Positions 55,701 through 61,700 of a stretch of 64,000 bases of DNA are shown in pieces; positions within the stretch are counted from its first letter, which is position 1; the number at the start of each line of letters is the position of its first letter. A program made the position numbers and the translations under genes. Origin of the DNA: Bispira polyomma (taxonomy: Eukaryota); assembly GCA_965649765.1 (NCBI GenBank), contig OZ287748.1:107384001-107448000 (forward strand). Reading direction: 5' to 3'. The notes under the pieces are model-generated. The model made no database searches, was not told the DNA's origin, and saw only the letters and a list, made by a program, of their open reading frames with translations.

Positions 55701-58700
55701 GATCCTTGCAGCCACACACACTCTGGATACAGTCAGCATTGTCCCCAACACACACATCACCATGGATACAGCTGGTGCCCAGGGGTTTCTTGGGGACTGG
55801 TGAATGCATAAGTATAAGTGTAATATAGTTAGTACATAACAACTTTACTATTTGGATGTGCGTGGTACCTGTTGTCGGAATTTGTACACAACTACTGACA
55901 TAGGAAGGTGTATGGTTAAGTCATCACCAAAGTAAACTTGTATTCAATAAACTTGGTACTGATTTGACAAGACCAGTATTATACTCACTGCTGTTATAGT
56001 ACTAACACTCAGCACAGGTAGCACTGTTATGGTACTTATACTGACCGCAGGTGGCACTGTTGTAGTACTTACACTCACCACAGGTGGCATGGTTGTAGTA
56101 CTAATACTCACCACAGGTGGCACTGTTATAGTACTAATACTCACCACAGGTGGCACTGTTATAGTACTAACACTCACCACAGGTGGCACTGTTATAGTAC
56201 TAATACTCACCACAGGTGGCACTGTTATAGTACTAATACTCACAACAGGTGGCCCTGTTGTAGTACTTATACTCACCACAGGTGGCATGGTTGTAGTACT
56301 AATACCCACCACAGGTGGCACTGTTTAAGGACTAACACTCACCACAGGTGGCACTGTTATAGTACTAATACTCACCACAGGTGGCACTGTTATAGTACTT
56401 ATATTCACCGCAGATGGCACTGTTGTAGTACTTATACTCACCACAGGTGGCACTGTTATAGTACTAATACTCACCACAGGTGGCCCTGTTGTAGTACTTA
56501 TATTCACCACAGGTGGCATGGTTGTAGTACTAATACCCACCACAGGTGGCACTGTTTAAGGACTAACACTCACCACAGGTGGCACTGTTATAGTACTAAT
56601 ACTCACCACAGGTGGCACTGTTATAGTACTTATATTCACTGCAGGTGGCACTGTTGTAGTACTTATACTCACCACAGGTGGCATGGTTGTAGTACTAATA
56701 CCCACCACAGGTGGCACTGTTTAAGGACTAACACTCACCACAGGTGGCACTGTTTAAGGACTAACACTCACCACAGGTGGCACTGTTATAGTACTTATAC
56801 TCACCACAGGTGGCACTGTTGTGGTACTTATACTCACCACAGGTGGCACTGTTGTAGTACTTATACTCACCACAGGTGGCACTTTTGTACTATTTATACT
56901 CACCACAGGTGGCACTGTTATAGTACTAATACTCACTACAGGTGGCACTGTTGTAGTACTTATACTCACCACAGGTGGCACTGTTGTAGTACTTATACTC
57001 ACCACAGGTGGCCCTGTTGTGGTACTTATACTCACCACAGGTGGCACTGTTGTAGTACTTATACTCACCACAGGTGGCAATTTTGTACTATTTATACTCA
57101 CCACAGGTGGCACTGTTGTAGTACTTATACTTACCACAGGTGGCACTGTTGTACTATTTATACTCACCACAGGTGGCACTGTTGTAGTAGTAGTCTGGTT
57201 TACAATGACACTTATTCTGCACACATTCTGTCAGGGGTAGAGAACATCTTCCTCCCTCTAGACAAGGTGTGTTATACAGACCTCTCTTAGCTACACAAAG
57301 TACAGAATTCTGGATCTTATTATATGGACAAGGTTTTAAACTATTTACAACAGTAATATACTTGTGAGTATGTACACATTGCATACCACATTGATCTCCC
57401 TGGATATATACAACCACCTCCACCGTGAACCCACCTCTGGATGAAGGCCACATTTCCATTTCCCAAAGACTAATGTCTAACAATAGCTAACCTGTTACTA
57501 AGGATCACCTGTCCAAAACCACTTTTCGGGTTTCCCTTGGGTGGAATATGCAAGTTTCACAGTACATATGTATATATTACATACCACAGTGACCTCCCTG
57601 TACATGTATATATTACATACCACAGTGACCTCCCTGTATACATGTATGTATTACATACCACAGTGACCTCCCAATATACATTTATATATATTACATACCA
57701 CAGTGACCTCCCTGTATACATGTATATTACATACCACAGTGACCTCCCTGTACATGTATATATTACATACCACAGTGACCTCCCTGTACATGTATATATT
57801 ACATATCACAGTGACCTCCCTTTATACATGTATGTATTACATACCACAGTGACCTCCCAATATACATTTATATATATTACATACCACAGTGACCTCCCTG
57901 TATACAGGTATATATTACATACCACAGTGACCTCCCTGTATACATGTATATTACATACCACAGTGACCTCCCTGTACATGTATATATTACATACCACAGT
58001 GACCTCCCTGTACATGTATATATTACATATCACAGTGACCTCCCTTTATGCATGTATGTATTACATACCACAGTGACCTCCCAATATACATTTATATATA
58101 TTACATACCACAGTGACCTCCCTGTATACAGGTATATATTACATACCACAGTGACCTCCCTGTATACATGTATATTACATACCACAGTGTCCTCCCTGCA
58201 CAAAGTACTGCTCCTGGCACTGACACCGTCCACTCCGACACTGGGCATAGACATCACTACACACATCTTCTCCCTGACACAAACCATCTAGTGGGATTTT
58301 GTCAACTGGAAATGCAAGGAAATAGGACAGAGAAATACAGAAACCTAGTAGTAGAATATACGCAACATAGGGGCTCAGTTATCTTATATATAGTGACCTG
58401 TTGTGGTTTTTATTTTACTGGTAATTTTTTCAATTATCATATCTTCTTGCCTGTGATTATTTAAGTTATTTTACTGGTTAACTTTTTGACTAGTCTATTG
58501 CATTAGTTATAAACTAACACGTCCAGGTGACATTTCACTTTAGTTATAATTATTGTCATGGCTTCACCATATGAAATCAGGTATCTATTTAATTAATTAA
58601 GATTGTAAATATGATAGTAATTATTGTTTAAAGCTATTACTAAAGTAGTAAATAGTGATTAAATAAAGTTGACCTGTTTTGTTTCATCTTCTCAAGACAG

Positions 58701-61700
58701 TGATATATGACTATTGAATCAAGTAAAATATAACAAATGTCAAACCAGTATTTACCACAGCTTATGTCCTTAACAAAGTAGTCTTGTTGACACCTACATC
58801 TGCCCCCCTCACACACCGCTCTTACATCCAAACAACGCTGGCCAGACAGACATGGGGAATTGAGTCGTCCTGCTGATGTACATGCCCCGTTGTCAGCATT
58901 AAAACCATCTCTACACTGACAGTATCCTAAATGGCACTCTGCATTAGGATCCTGGCAGACATCATTGGGGCCACATTGTAAGTCTAAGGACAGCATCAGT
59001 TCTGTAATATAACCACATAAGTTCTGTAATATAACCACATGGGTTCTGTAATATAACCACATGAGTTCTGTAATATAACAACATGAGTTCTGTAATATAC
59101 AACATCAGTTCTGTAATATAACCACATAAGTTCTGTAATATACAACATCAGTTCTGTACTATACAACATCAGCTCTGTAATATAACCACATGAGTTCTGT
59201 AATATAACCACACGAGTTCTGTAATATACAACATCAGTTCTGTACTATACAGCATCAGTTCCGTAATATAGCCACATGAGTTCTGTAATATAACAACATG
59301 AGTTCAGTAATATACAACATGAGTCCTGTAATTTCTGTAATATACAACATCAGTTGAGTAATATAACCACATGAGCTCTGAAATTACAACATGAGTTCTG
59401 TAATATACAACATCAGTTCTGTAATATACAACATCAGTTCTGTAATACAACGTCTGGTTTGTAGTAATGCAATCGTATTTTGTCAAAAGCAGATTGCAAA
59501 GCTTAAGATAGTTACACACATCCCAGAATACTCACAAAGCTTAATATTGCACATACTTTTCAATGACAACAATGACAAAACCGTAGTATTAACCCAACAA
59601 CAACACAGACACAAAAATCACTCACCACATCGGCCATCTTTGCTGAAGAAGTTCACGTCACAGATACATATCTTGGATTGGTCGCACACAGAGTTACTGT
59701 CCACACATATATCATTGTGTAGACAAGGGGCGTCTAGGTGACCTCTAGGTTCACATACATCCTGGTCAGCATAGAACTGGTCATCACATATACACTGGCC
59801 GCCTTGGCAGTCTGCATTGAAGTCTGCACACAACTCATCGGGGAGACAAGGGTAAAACAGTTGAATACGAGGCTTACAGATGGCGCCGTCCTTAAGGAAG
59901 TAACCCTTCTGACAGAGACAGAAGCCCTGGTCACACACTGTATTCTCCTCCAGACAAGTGTTGCCTGCTAGACAGGGGGCATTAAGTGTACCCCGGGGAC
60001 GACAGCTACCAGACAACTCATAGTAATCATCCTGACAGCTACAGATATTAGAGCTACAGACAGCTGCGATGTCCAGACATTGGTCATGTGACTGACAGGA
60101 GCCTCGTAGTGGCCTCTGGGGCTGGCACTGACCAGTAAGTGTATAAAAGCCCTGTACACAGACACACACCGAGTCGACACACACTGTATTCCTCTGAGCA
60201 CAGACCTCATTAGGTAGACAAGGTGCTGACAGGTCACCCCTTGGACTACACACTCCCTGGTCACTGTAATGAGTAGGTACACACTGACACCGGCCACTCA
60301 CACAACCAGCACTACTGTCAGCACACACATCTGTCTGAAAACAAGGGGCTCCCAGAGACACCATCAGCACGCAGTCAGCATCTCGCAGGAAGTAGTCACC
60401 AGGACACTGACAGAAACCTGACTGACACATGGCGTTAGCGTTACCACACTTGTCTCCAGACCCACAGGCCTCGCCAATAGAAAGGAGGCGTACACACACC
60501 TGGTCCTAGGGAAGACATAATTCATCTAGTACAGTTAAAGAGGTATAGTGTATTATCTAGTGTAATCATCATGTATATAGTGTATAATAGAGTGTAATGA
60601 TCAGGACTAAAAACCCTCTACAAACATACCTTACTATAATAGCCCTCTCTACACACACATCTGGTTGTCAGTGAATCACACATAGCCTCCTTATCCCGGC
60701 ATTCGTCTTCTCCTGATACACAAGTGGCTCCCAGCACCAGGCGGGCGACACACACGTTATCTTTGTTATAGTAGCTAGGTAAACAGCGACATAAACCATC
60801 CTGACAGGATGCACTGGGGTCTAAACATCTGTAATATAATACACAGTCTATTGGGCAGAGTGGACACTGGGTCGGTATATATACCAGATTAGTACACTGA
60901 AATCTTACTACTATAACATAGAGGATAAATTGAACAGACCACTCCTGTAACGGCTGAATTAAGCTCGGAGAAAGTGATGCTTGTGTGGTTAGTCAACAAA
61001 TTATTTAGGTCTGGTATAGCTATTAATCACAAATATAATAAAATTTTGAAATATTTCATGTGATATATCTAGTTCTAGTCAAAATCATGCTTTTCATTAA
61101 AACTGGTGTTTTTGTAGGTGTTTTTACTCTGAGGTAGCAATTAATTTGTGCTGACATTAGTAGAAGGGATGTATCAGTAATTGTGCTTATGTTTCCAGAT
61201 ATTAAGCATCAAAAGAAAGTACAAATACTGTTGGAAACACTATTTGTGGATCACTGAAATCATAAAATGATTCGGAATGGGAAACTTTCTAAACAGATCC
61301 CTGCGAAAGACATCTGTACTAGGATGACAGTATGCATAGACAGTTCTGCAAGAATCAGCCTGCCCAAGAGTGTTGTAGTGTCTCCAAGTGTGAATCCTGT
61401 TCCCAGTTAACACCATCTGGGGCAGAACAGATGAGTTTCGGCTTTGGATGCTAACAATGTTAAAGATACACCGTCTTTTACTCAAGTTGCGGCAAGTTAT
61501 CACCATCTCAAGCAGAACAGGTGAGTTATTGCTTTGGATGCTAACAATGGTGGAGATACACTGTGTATAACTTAAGGTGCAGCTGATCTGAAATGTCATG
61601 CTTTTTGCTAATTTGAACATATGAGGTATTGGTAATTTTGCAATAAAGTACAGCTAATTTTTATAGGTTTTATAGTGCTTAATCTGTGTACTAACTGTTT

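Noticed and set aside
55944-57240. Mucin-like ORFs (TTTVPPVVSIS)n and (VVLILTTGGT)n
   Set aside because: These are alternative-frame translations of the 33-bp donor array; the exon frame stops immediately.
61240-61620. 126-aa minus-strand ORF with a duplicated block of about 90 bp
   Set aside because: No module pattern or recognisable domain; it lies in an intron whose flanking exons join in frame.
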